From positions 1 through 64,000 of the forward strand of contig CAWHEU010000018.1 of NCBI GenBank assembly GCA_963828465.1: 64,000 nucleotides of DNA. Reading direction: 5' to 3'. Positions 1-9,933 of this stretch are shown piece by piece. Source of the stretch: an uncultured Acidobacteriota bacterium (GTDB lineage: Bacteria; Actinomycetota; Acidimicrobiia; Spongiisociales; ZC4RG35). The notes beneath the pieces were generated by a model. The model worked only from the letters and a program-made list of their open reading frames with translations. It was not told the DNA's origin and did not search any database. The translations under genes and the position numbers were made by a program. The number at the start of each line of letters is the position of its first letter. Position 1 is the first letter of the stretch.

Positions 1-790
1 TCGCCACGTAAGCAATTGAGAGCGCGATCAACGGTTCGACGATGCGCGGAGACAAGGAGACGATGCCGTAGATTGAGAGACCGAGCGTGATCGAGTGCGC
101 GACCGTGAACGCCGTGACCTGCAGCAGCATCGTTTTCCATCGCGGACTCAGCAGGAAGATGCCGAGCACGAACAGGATGTGATCGAGGCCCTTCGGAAGG
201 ATGTGCGTGTAGCCAAGCCACAGGTACTGCCGCGCGATCTCCAATCGCGTCGGACGCGTGAAGCTCGTCGAGAGATCGATCACGTCGCTCCAGTTGGTGC
301 CGGTGATCCACTCGACGGTCGACGAGCCGTCGGGCTGGCGGACTCGAGGGGATACGCGACCGCCGACCCGGCCTCAACCACCGCAGTCGCGTCGCATCCC
401 GCGGCATGGTGCCGGTCAGCCGAAATGTCGCGAGTGCATTCTCGGGTTCGCGTGGCGGCGGTTGGTATTCGACGTGAGTGGCGCGGGGTTCGTTCGCATC
501 GACGAAGAGCACGATGCGATCGGCAAATACCGCGGTGAGTTGCGCGAGGCGTGCATCGCGATCCGCAGCTGACAGGTTCGCGGGAACGCTGCCGCCCGCA
601 AACGTCTCGAGTCGCAGCAGCAGCCAATTGGGATCGTTGGCGACTTCCAGCGTAAACGTGCCGTTCGATTGCAGGATCAACGTGACCCGCGTTCGTTCGG
701 CTTCGTGCGAAGCGGCGCTTACGGGAAGCAGCAGCGCCGCGAACACGAACCCTGAGCGACGATCGAGCGGACGACGTCCGCTCGATCGCA
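1..790 (-). CDS. HupE/UreJ-family (HupE_UreJ_2-like) membrane protein with N-terminal extracytoplasmic domain; runs off the left edge; frameshifted; start approximate
   Basis: Not in the ORF track. Manual translation of the minus strand at 1-230 gives YLWLGYTHILPKGLDHILFVLGIFLLSPRWKTMLLQVTAFTVAHSITLGLSIYGIVSLSPRIVEPLIALSIAYVA, with the GxDHILF, TAFTVAHSITL and VEPLIALSI signatures. Confidence 0.8.
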
Positions 791-829
791 AGTCGAAGGG
801 CGCATCGCTGGGCTATCATACGGTCCGCC

Positions 830-1182
830 ATGACCGCCCTGTTGCTCGCCTCGTTGCTGGTTCAATCGCCGACGAAAAAAATCGAGATCGTCAGCGTCAC
901 GGGCTGCCTGCGTGAACAAGGCGCCAATACCTGGATGCTGGTGGCCGCGACCGATCCGGTGTCGAGCCTGGCCAATCAGGCGCAGGGCGAGGACGTCCCG
1001 AAGCGCCGCCGGCCGGCAAGAATTCGTTCAGGCTCATCGGCATCAGCGAATTCAATCTGCCGCAAATGCGGGACCGGACGGTCGTGATTCGCGGCCTGTT
1101 CATCAAGGACAAGGTCAGCCGGATCAACGTGACCTCGGCGGTGGAGGCGGCGGCGTCATGTGCGCCAAACGCCCCTAAATAA
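830..1182 (+). CDS. Small secreted hypothetical protein (frameshifted)
   Basis: Signal-peptide-like MTALLLASLLVQ, then VTGCLREQGANTWML. After a frameshift near 1000 it continues FRLIGISEFNLPQMRDRTVVIRGLFIKDKVSRINVTS...SCAPNAPK* (TAA 1180-1182). Confidence 0.55.
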
Positions 1183-1199
1183 GCTACTATTTGCCTGTC

Positions 1200-1230
1200 C
1201 CGCCGTAGCCGGCGGAGTGAGCGAAGGCGG
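1200..1230. repeat. REP-like intergenic palindrome
   Basis: CCGCCGTAGC...GCGAAGGCGG imperfect inverted repeat containing GTAG, in an intergenic gap. Confidence 0.35.
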
Positions 1231-1245
1231 ACGCCAGGGAGCCAC

Positions 1246-2667
1246 ATGAAACGTTTGGCGTTACTCGTCTTCCGGCGTTGCGGTGCTCGCGTCTTTCAGC
1301 GTCTCCGCACAATCCCCAGCCACACCGTCCGCACCGACGTTTGCCAAAGACGTCGCGCCGATCATCTACGGCAAGTGCGCGAACTGCCATCGGCCCGGCG
1401 AAGTGGCGCCGATGTCGCTGCTGTCGTACGAAGATGCGCGGCCGTGGGCCAAGGCCATCAAGGCCAAGGTCGTGGCGCGCGACATGCCGCCCTGGGGCGC
1501 CGACATGACGCAGTCGTTGCCGATGCGCAACGACATCAGCCTGTCGCAGAAAGAGGTCGACACGATCGCGGCGTGGGTGGATGGCGGCGCCGTGCGCGGC
1601 AACGCCGCGAGATGCCGCCGTCGCCGACGTTCGCAACCGGATGGACGGCCGGTACCGAGCCGGATCTGATCTTAGAGATGCCGGTCGAGTTCGACATTCC
1701 CGCCGAAGGCGAGCTCGGCGTGCAGATGTTCTACTCGAAAGTGCCGTGGCCGGAAGATCGCTTCGCCGAGATCGTCGAGCTCAAGCCGAGCAACCGCGCC
1801 GTGCTGCATCATGCCGGCATTTTCTTCGTGACATTCCCGAAGGCGCCTCAATCGTTGACGGCCGCATCGTCGACAAGGATGGCAAGGTGATCGGCGATCG
1901 CGGATCGCGCGGGCTGCCGTCAACCGACAGCGGGCTGCCGGGATCGAGCAAGTTGCTGTCGTGGGTTCCGGGGCGCGGCCTCGATCATCATCGTGCCAAC
2001 ATCGGCAAGCGCCTGCCGGCCGGCAAGTACATCAACTGGCAGCTGCACTACAACCCGACCGGCAGACCGGAAAAAATATCGCACAAGGCTCGGCATCTGG
2101 TTCAACAAGGTGCCGGTGACGCAGAAGTGCTGATCCGGCAGGCCGGCGATCCGCTGGCGACCACCAAGGGCGGATTGTCGATCTATCGCGCCGAAGGCCG
2201 CGAGGTGGAATACAAGGCCGACCCGGCAGCACGCGCCGCAATCGCAGCACGCCGAACATTCCGCCGTATGCGGAGAACTGGCGCCTCACCGGCATCACGC
2301 CCGTCACCGAAGACATCACGCTCTACGCGATGTCGCCGCACATGCACCTGCGCGGCAAGAGCCTGAAGTGGGTGATCGTGGATCCAGACGGCCGCGAGCA
2401 GACCATCCTCAACGTGCCGAAGTTCGACTTCAACTGGCAGTTCAACTACGAGTTGAAGGAGCCGCTGAAGATTCCCGCGGGCAGCAAGATCCTCGGGCTC
2501 GGCATCTACGACAACTCGATCCGCAACAAGTGGAACCCCGGCCCGCACCTGAGGTCTGGTCGGAACAGAGCTGGGACGAGATGTATCAGCCGTTCACCGA
2601 GTATCCGGTGGATTCGCAGGACCTCACAGTGCTGCGGCCTGTCACCTCACAGCAGCAACAGAAGTAA
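1246..2667 (+). CDS. Secreted cytochrome c + copper type II ascorbate-dependent monooxygenase-like (PHM-fold) protein; several frameshifts
   Basis: Signal peptide, [29 protein letters not shown] (CxxCH), [36 protein letters not shown] and EQSWDEM, spread over ORFs 1283, 1246, 1581, 2330 and 2368. Confidence 0.8.
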
Positions 2668-2690
2668 CGCCGGGGTCGGCGCCTCTTGCC

Positions 2691-2731
2691 GGGGTTGCAC
2701 TGCGTGAACGTGGTGCAACCCCGTTCACGTA
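2691..2731. terminator. Hairpin between convergent genes, with an alternative overlapping stem
   Basis: GGGGTTGCAC (2691-2700) pairs with GTGCAACCCC (2713-2722). TGCGTGAACG (2701-2710) can pair with CGTTCACGTA (2722-2731). Confidence 0.5.
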
Positions 2732-2734
2732 CGC

Positions 2735-3247
2735 CTACTTTTTCTCGGCGTCGAGTCGTTTGACGACGTCGTCGGAAATATCCACCGCTGGACTCCACCA
2801 GACGACCGCGGCCTGCTCGAGGCCGAACACCAACTGCAGGCCTTTTTCCTTTGACACTGCGTCGATGATCGGCGCGAGCTTGACACGGAACTCGGCGTCG
2901 AACGTCGTCTGCATGCGCTCGATTTCTGCTCGAGTGTCCTGCTGAAAGCGCTCGAACTCGACTCGCGACTTGTCGAACGCCTTCTGCAGATCGCCGATCG
3001 CCCGCGGGCTCAATCCGGCGCTCGTTTTCTGCAGCGCGAGCTGTTGTTTCTCGAGCTCGACAGCCTTGACCGCAGCCTCGGATTCCTTCTGCTTGACGAA
3101 CTTCTCGATCTCCGCGAGCGCGGACTTGCCCGCTTTGCTGGAGCGCGCGACGTAGGCAAGGCTGATCGCGCCGGCGCGCGTGGTGTCTTGCGCGAACGCG
3201 GATGTGGCGGTGAGGGACAGGACGAGGACGGCGATGGCGCGGCTCAT
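2735..3247 (-). CDS. OmpH/Skp family outer-membrane protein chaperone
   Basis: GGAGG RBS, then ATG 3247 MSRAIAVLVLSLTATSAFAQ (signal peptide), a coiled-coil body, and a C-terminal KEKGLQLVF...VDISDDVVKRLD typical of OmpH. Confidence 0.85.
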   Translation of the reverse strand: MSRAIAVLVLSLTATSAFAQDTTRAGAISLAYVARSSKAGKSALAEIEKFVKQKESEAAVKAVELEKQQLALQKTSAGLSPRAIGDLQKAFDKSRVEFERFQQDTRAEIERMQTTFDAEFRVKLAPIIDAVSKEKGLQLVFGLEQAAVVWWSPAVDISDDVVKRLDAEKK

Positions 3248-3269
3248 GGAAACCTCCGCGCTTTTGACG

Positions 3270-3332
3270 CCGCTGTCTAACCTTGGTCTAAAAAAAAAAA
3301 AAAAAAAAAAACCACTGTCTGAACCTTGGTCT
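3270..3332. repeat. ~20-bp direct repeat flanking an A22 tract (probable sequencing or assembly artefact)
   Basis: CCGCTGTCT-AACCTTGGTCT (3270-3289), A x22 (3290-3311), CCACTGTCTGAACCTTGGTCT (3312-3332). Confidence 0.8.
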
Positions 3333-3338
3333 GCCTGC

Positions 3339-3918
3339 TTACTTGACGACTTTTCCACCCTTGCGGTTGTCGATCACGAAGCGATCGCGCGCCGGCATCT
3401 TCACTTTCGGCAGCGCCGCCGCATCCATCACCGCGTCTTCGGGAACGATCTCGTTGAGCGCGAGGATGAAGGCGACCAGCGAATAGGTCTCGTTCGCGCG
3501 TGAGCGTGCCCGGCTGCATGAACGGCATCGCGCGATAGGTGTAGTCGTAGAGCGTCGTGGCGTACGGCCAGTAGTTGCCGACGGTCTTCGCGGCAGCTTG
3601 GCGTTGGTCGCGAAGTCGAAGTTGTTACCGGCGTCGGTGGCACGAGGCGCTCGGAGGACGCCCCCTCGCCGCTCGCGCCATGGCACGACGCGCATTTCGC
3701 CGCGTAGACTCCGCGCCCTCGGCGACCGTGCCGCTCCCTGCGGGGGCCCGCGGCCATCAGGTCGAACGTCGATATCGAGCGTCTTGATTTCATCCGCTGA
3801 CGCGGCCCGCCCGATGCCAAGCGGTGCCGAATCTGCCGGTCGCGCCGTAGCGCGAGCGCTGTGCGAGCGCGGAGGCGGACGCACTGACCGCGACCGTCTG
3901 ACGACGCGAGCAGCGCAT
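3339..3918 (-). CDS. SoxD-like monoheme cytochrome c (frameshifted)
   Basis: GIGRAASADEIKTLDIDVRPDGRG, VYAAKCASCHG (CxxCH), TVGNYWPYATTLYDY, AMPFMQPG, LPKVKMPARDRF. Confidence 0.8.
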
Positions 3919-5138
3919 CACAGTCCACCTGCGAACTTCACGGTGCCATCGGCGTGGATCTTCCAGCCGCGGATATTATTGAAGTGGTACGCGGTGTTCG
4001 GTCCGCGCGCCGCGAGCAGCACCTCGTAGCGTGGGCTGCACGTAGCCCGTCTCATCGGTGGCGCGGCTCGGGATGATCGTCTCGCCGCCTTTCCATCCCA
4101 CGGCTATCGGAAGCGCGTGTGGCACTTCGGCAGCACCGGCTCGTCGAGCTTCGCATTCTGCCAGGTCTTGCCGGCGTCGGTGCTGACCTCGACGCGCGTG
4201 ATCTTGCCGCGTCCGGTCCACGCGATGCCGCGGACCTCCCACCACCCGGGTCCGGTGAGCCTGTCGGGAAACGACGGTTCGGTGATCAGCGACTTCGCAT
4301 CCATGTCGAGGCTGAAGATGCGCGCCGTGCCGTCGGGCAGCGGATCGGTGTACTTCGAGGTTTCCTCGCGCGTCATGAACGGCTGATCGGCCAGCTTCGA
4401 TGCGGCGCAGCCACTTGATGCTCGCGTTGCCTTCCAAGCCGGGCAGGAAGAACCGCACCGGATAGCCCTGCTCGGGGCGCAGCGCTTCGCCGTTCTGCCC
4501 GTACACAATCAACGCGTCGTCCCACGCCTTCTCCATCGGGATGCTGCGCGACATCACCGCCGCATCCATGCCTTCGGCGAGGAACCACGTGGCCTTCGGC
4601 GACGCGCCGGCTTCGCGCAACAGGGTCGAGAGCAGCACGCCGGTCCATTCGCTGGTGCTGGTCAGGCCGTCGATCTGTTGCGGCGTGAGATCGGTCTGGT
4701 TGCCTTCGCGGCGATAGACGCGGCCGCCATTGCCGGAGCATTCCATCGCCCGGATCATCGACTTGCCGGGAAAGCGCCGGAGATCGTCAAGCGTGAACAC
4801 CAGCGGCCGATCGACCATGCCGTGGATCGGCAGCGAGTACTGCTTCGGATCGATCGCCGGAACGCCGGCGTGATGGCGTTCGAAGTGAGGTCGGAAGGCG
4901 TGATGATGCCGTCGAGATCCTGCAGCGGTGTGAGGCTCGACGTCCGCCGCTCGCCGAGCGACATGCGCTTGGGGCGTTCGAAGGGCGACCGTCCGCCGAC
5001 GTCAGTCGACAGCGGCCCCTGCACCTTGGTGGGGTCGGCAGAGGGGTTTTGGCCCGCGATCGGCAACGCCGCGCCAACTATTCCGGCGGTCCCCGCCGCC
5101 AGCACCCGCCTACGAGAGATGGATTTCGGCCGATCCAT
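3918..5138 (-). CDS. soxC: SoxC-like sulfite oxidase-family molybdoenzyme with Tat signal (frameshifted)
   Basis: SRRRVLAAG Tat motif, TPLQDLDGIITPS, MECSGNG (Mo-ligand Cys), YGQNGEALRPEQGYPVR, KWLRRI, REETSKYTD, GIAWTGRGKITRVEVS, SRATDETGYVQP. The stop overlaps the soxD-like start. Confidence 0.85.
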
Positions 5139-5170
5139 GCGTCCTCCTCCTGCCCCGCCGGAGGTAACAC

Positions 5171-5336
5171 GCGATTCGCTAAGTTGGGGTCAGGACTCGA
5201 TTCTTAGCGTTTTTCGTCCCGGTTATTCAGTCCCGACTTCCGAAGGTCGGAGAATCAGCAATCTAGGCGCAAAACCAACAATTTTGAGCATCCAAAATTC
5301 GCTAATTTTCGAAGCCTGACCCAACTTAGCGAACGC
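5171..5336. mobile_element. MITE/REPIN-like element with ~35-bp imperfect terminal inverted repeats
   Basis: Left end TTCGCTAAGTTGGGGTCAGGACTCGATTCTTAGCG; reverse complement of the right end TTCGCTAAGTTGGGTCAGGCTTCGAAAATTAGCG. Interior is AT-rich with a central hairpin CCGACTTCCGAAGGTCGG. Confidence 0.5.
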
Positions 5337-5488
5337 TGGCGTTTGACCGAAAAGGGGTGCGCTGAGCCATTCGAAATTAACTTACAAGTGGTGACAATAG
5401 AGTGCCCCTAAGTAGTTGAAAATGCTTAGGGTTAAGTAGTAAAACGGCGGTGGCAAAGCCGCCCCGGTACCGGGGGCTTGATCGAAAG

Positions 5489-8009
5489 ATGCGAAAACTT
5501 TCCGTGGTGGTCGTGTCCGCACTCGTGTTGGGCCTCGGTCTTCGTGTGTTTGCGGATCAGTCCGCCTCCGCGCGCGCTGACACGTCGCGCGCTACGGCGC
5601 GACAGGCAACGCCGGCCCCTGCGGCCACACCCGCGCCCAAGCCGGCGATGGTGGTGGCTCACACCGCGAAATCGATCACCGAAACCGAAACGGCGTTGGT
5701 GAAGCGGACCTGCGCGACCTGTCACAACGATCGCAACAAAAACAACGCGGGCGGGTTGTCGTTGCAGGCGTTTGATTCTTCGAAGGTCGGCCGCGACGGC
5801 CAGGCCGCCGAAGTGGCCGAGAAGATGATTCGCAAGCTGCGCTCGGGCATGATGCCCCCGGCCGGCGCGCGGCGTCCCGAACCGCAGACCATCAACGCGT
5901 TTGCGGCCTCGATGGAGACGCGGCTGGATCAGGCCGCGGCGCTCAATCCGAATCCCGGTCATCGCCCGTTCCAGCGCCTGAATCGCGCCGAGTACACGCG
6001 CGCCGTCAAGCGCGGTGCTCGCGCTCGACGTCGACGTCGAGCGCGTTCCTGCCGCCCGACAAATCAGCGCCGGCTTCGACAACGTCGCCGACGCGCAGGG
6101 CTTCTCGCCGACGTTGATGGAAGGCTATCTGCGGGCCGCCAACCGAATCAGTTCCCTCGCGGTCGGCGATCCCAAGGCGGCGGCCTCCGCACCACGTACA
6201 AGGTGCCGCGCACCGGCTCGCAGATGCGGCGGGTCGAGGGCGCGCCCTTCGGCACGCGCGGCGGCATCTCGGTGATGCACACCTTCCCGGCGGACGGCGA
6301 GTACGCGCTTCCGCATGCAGTTGCACTCGATCCCGACGGGCCAGTTGTTCGGCAGCGCCGTGCGTGGCGAGCTGCTCGAAGTGTCGCTCGATGGCGAGCG
6401 CGTGGCCGTGCTCGAGATCAACCCGCGGATGAGCGAGGCGGATCCGACCGGGATGAACATCACCACGCCGAAGATTCACGTCAAGGCCGGCACCCAGCGC
6501 GTGTCGGCGGCGTTCGTGGCGCGGTTCGATGCGGTGCCGGACGACCTGATGCCGCCGATCGATCACACGCTGGCCGACTCGCAGATTGGCGCGGGCTTCG
6601 GCATCACCACGTTGCCGCACCTCCGCGAGTTCGCGGTGGCCGGTCCGTTCACGGTAACCGGCGTGTCGGAGACGCTGAGCCGCCGCCGCATTTTCAGCTG
6701 CCGGCCGACCTCGGCCCTGGACGAGGCGGCGTGCGCGGCGGAGATCATCCGCACGCTCGCCACGCAGGCCTATCGCGGCCCGCTCTCCGCGGCGGATTTC
6801 GATGGCCTCCACGAGTTCTATCAGCAGGGCCGCAAGGATGCAGGAGACTTCGAGTCGGGCATCCGCATGGCGGTGCAGGCGATCCTCGCCAGCCCGCGCT
6901 TCCTGTTCCGGCTCGAAGAGGCGCCGGCCACCACGCGTCCCGGCCAGAACTACCGCATCACCGATCTCGATCTCGCGACACGGTTGTCGTTTTTCCTCTG
7001 GGGCGCGGGTCCTGATGACGAGCTGCTGAAGATCGCGCAGCGCGGCACGTTGCGCGGACCGGGCGTGCTGGCCGCGCAGGTCAAGCGCATGCTGCAGGAT
7101 CCGAAGGCCGAAGCATTGTCGACGCGCTTTGCGTCGCAGTGGCTGCGGCTGCAGGACCTCGACAAGATCCATCCCGACGCGCTGCTGTACCCGTCCTACG
7201 ACCATTCGCTCGCCGAAGCGCTCAAGAAAGAAACCGAGCTGTTCTTCGACAGCATCGTTCGCGAAGACCGCAGCATGCTCGACCTGATTACCGCCGACTA
7301 CACCTTCGTCAACGAGCGCATCGCGCAGCACTACGGCATGCAGAACGTCAACGGTCCGGATTTCCGCCGCGTCACACTCGCGGACGAAAACCGCCGCGGC
7401 CTGCTCGGCCAGGGCAGCATCCTCGCGTTGACGTCGGTGGCCGATCGCACCTCGCCGGTGCTGCGCGGCAAGTGGATCATGGAGGTGCTGCTCGGCGTCG
7501 CCGCCGCCGGCGCCGCCGCCGAACGTCCCGCTGCTCGACGAGACGAAGGCCGAATCGGGCGACAAGATGCTGACCACTCGCGAGCGCATGGAGATGCACC
7601 GCTCGAATCCGCAGTGCAGCTCGTGTCACCGTGTGATCGATCCGCTGGGGCTGGCGCTGGAGAACTTCGACGTGACCGGCCGCTGGCGCATCCGCGACAA
7701 CGGCGCGCCGGTGGATCCGGACGGCGACCTGTACGATGGCACGAAGATGAGCGGCCCGGCCGGGTTGCGCGCCGCGCTCCTCAAGCACCAGGACATGTTG
7801 ATCCTGAGCTTCACCGAGCGGCTGGTGACCTACAGCCTTGGCCGCCGCGTGGAATCGTTCGACATGCCCGCGATCCGCAAGATCATTCGCGACGCCGCGA
7901 AGGAGCGGAACCGTTTCTCGGCCTTCGTGATGGGTGTGGTCAACAGCCGCGCATTCCAGATGAGCCGCGCGGAAGCGGTGACGAGCACGAAGACGCGGGA
8001 CGGCAGTAA
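5489..8009 (+). CDS. Planctomycete-type cytochrome c / PSD-domain protein (DUF1587-DUF1595-DUF1592-DUF1588-DUF1585); frameshifted
   Basis: Signal peptide, CATCHN, KLRSGMMPP, QRLNRAEY, ILASPRFLFR, LATRLSFFLW, FASQWLRL, TADYTFVNERIAQHYG, RGLLGQGSIL, TSPVLRGKWI, HRSNPQCSSCHRVIDPLGLALENFD. Confidence 0.88.
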
Positions 8010-8022
8010 GGGGTCTGACCCC
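8010..8022. repeat. REP-like palindrome GGGGTCTGACCCC
   Basis: Perfect 6-bp arms immediately after the stop codon. Shares GGGGTC with the inverted repeat at 5171-5336. Confidence 0.4.
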
Positions 8023-8077
8023 ACGGATCGGTCCCAATTTGAGAGAAACGCGGGCAGCCCCTCAAGGAGAGAGCGCG

Positions 8078-9490
8078 ATGGAGTTCCTGACCAAGAAGCA
8101 CATGTCCCGGCGCACCGTTCTTCGTGGCCTCGGCGTCACGATGGCACTGCCGCTGCTCGACGCCATGACACCGGCGTCGGTGTTTGCGCAGGCCGCGGCC
8201 GCCGGAAGGTTCGCCTGTCGGCGATCGAGATGGTGCACGGCTCTGCCGGCGCGACGCCAGTTCGGCCTCGGCAAGCACTTCTGGTCGCCGGCAGCGGTGG
8301 GCCGCGCGTTCGACCTGAGCCCGGGCGCGCTGTCGTCGCTCGAGCCCTTCCGCGACTACGTGACCATCGTCAGCAACACCGACGTGCGCAATGCCGAGGC
8401 GTATACGCTGCCGGAGATCGGCGGCGACCATTTCCGCTCGAGCGCCGTGTTCCTGACGCAGGCGCACCCGAAGCAGACCGAGGGCTCGGACGTGCTACGT
8501 CGGCACTTCGCTGGATCAGATGTACGCGCAGCGCTTCGGCCAGGACACGCCGATCCCGTCGATGCAGCTGTGCATCGAGAACGTCGATCAGGCCGGCGGC
8601 TGCGCCTACGGCTACTGCTGCGTGTACACGGACTCGCATCAGCTGGGCGTCGCCCAACCGAGCCGCTGCCGATGATTCGCGATCCGCGCGTCGCGTTCGA
8701 TAAGCTCTTCGGCGCCGGCGCCACGCCGGAAGAGCGCGCCGCGCAGCGCCGCAGCCGACAGCAGCATCCTCGACTGGGTCACCGGCGACGTGGCGCGGCT
8801 GAAGCAAGGACCTCGGCGCCGACGATCGCACGCGTATGGACGCAGTACCTGGAGGAAGTGCGCGAGATCGAACGGCGCATCCAGCGCATCGAAGCGCGCA
8901 ACACGCAGCGGCGAAGCGCGCGAACTGCCCGGGCGCGCCGATCGGCGTGCCGGATTCGTTCGAAGAGCACGTCAAGCTGATGTTCGACCTGCAGGTGCTG
9001 GCGTTTGCAGTCGGACACCACGCGCGTCTTCTCGTTCAAGCTGGGCCGCGACGGTTCGGCGCGCGTCTATCCCGAGAGCGGCGTCGACAGCGCGGTTCCA
9101 CCCTGCGTCGCACCACGGCGAGCGCGAGGAGCGCGTCAGGGACTTCATCAAGATCAACAAGTATCACGTCAGCCTGCTGCCGTATTTCCTCGAGAAGCTG
9201 CAGGACACCGCCGGACGGCGACGGCAACCTGCTGGACAAGACGATGATCATGTACGGATCGCCGATGGCCGACTCGCAATGTGCACAACCACAAGCGCTG
9301 CCCGCTGTTCCTCGCCGGGCAAGGCCAATGGCAAGCTGCAGGGCAACCTGCACCTCAAGGCGCCTGACGGCACGCCGATGGCGAACGTGTTGCTGAGCGA
9401 TGATGCACGAGCTCGGGCTGGACGACCTCAAGACGTTCGGCGACAGCACGGGCCGTTTCGATCTCGAAGAGCGTTCCGGCCACCACTGTT
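8078..9490 (+). CDS. DUF1552 (HXXSHH) family Tat-exported protein; frameshifted; end approximate at the junction
   Basis: AAGGAGAG RBS, MSRRTVLRGLGVTMALPLLDAM, GGDHFRSSAVFLT, DPRVAFDKLFG, EHVKLMFDLQVLAF, FHPASHHG, NLLDKTMIMYGSPM, TPMANVLL, FGDSTGRF. Confidence 0.88.
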
Positions 9491-9493
9491 GCA

Positions 9494-9913
9494 GCGGCGG
9501 AGGAATGCGACACGATGGGAATGTCCGACGCTCAGAGGTTGGCCGCTCAGCGAGCCCTTGCCGGGCTGGGTGCGGTGCCGGACCATGTCCTGCTCGACGG
9601 CAAATGGGATTTCGTAGGCGGGGCAACCCGCATCGTCCGAGGTGATCGAACCTCGCTCTCCATCGCCGCCGCCTCCATCCTGGCCAAGGTGACCCGGGAC
9701 AGGCTCATGCGGGAGTGCGCCGATCAGTATCCCGGCTACAACTTCGAGGCCAACAAGGGCTACCCGTGTCCGGTGCACAAGTCGGCCCTCCAGGCTTGGG
9801 GGCCTACGTCCATCCATCGCCGATCATGGGTGTTCATGGACTATCTCATGTGGAACGGGTTGGAGCGCTATCACCGGCCCGAGCCTCAGATGGCGCTTCC
9901 CTTCGAGGACTGA
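9494..9913 (+). CDS. rnhB: Ribonuclease HII, C-terminal part only (N-terminus missing at the junction)
   Basis: AEECDTMGMSDAQRLAAQRAL, VLLDGKWDF, IVRGDRTSLSIAAASILAKVTRDRLM, YPGYNFEANKGY, GPTSIHRRSW. No upstream DEVGRG motif is present. Confidence 0.85.
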   Translation, partial: AAEECDTMGMSDAQRLAAQRALAGLGAVPDHVLLDGKWDFVGGATRIVRGDRTSLSIAAASILAKVTRDRLMRECADQYPGYNFEANKGYPCPVHKSALQAWGPTSIHRRSWVFMDYLMWNGLERYHRPEPQMALPFED

Positions 9914-9933
9914 CTGGCATCGTCGGTTCACGA

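Noticed and set aside
2545-2560. In-frame TGA as possible selenocysteine in the monooxygenase-like gene
   Set aside because: It lies at a frameshift, the expected sequence continues in another frame, and it is not at a Cys-equivalent position.
3248-3358. Poly-Phe N-terminal extension of OmpH
   Set aside because: It is a translation of the A22 tract. The real start has an RBS and signal peptide at 3247.
6006-7589. Long antisense ORFs (also 13954-15372, 36033-37424, 50858-52273, 57390-58496 and others)
   Set aside because: They are high-GC shadow frames opposite well-supported genes and carry no recognisable motifs.
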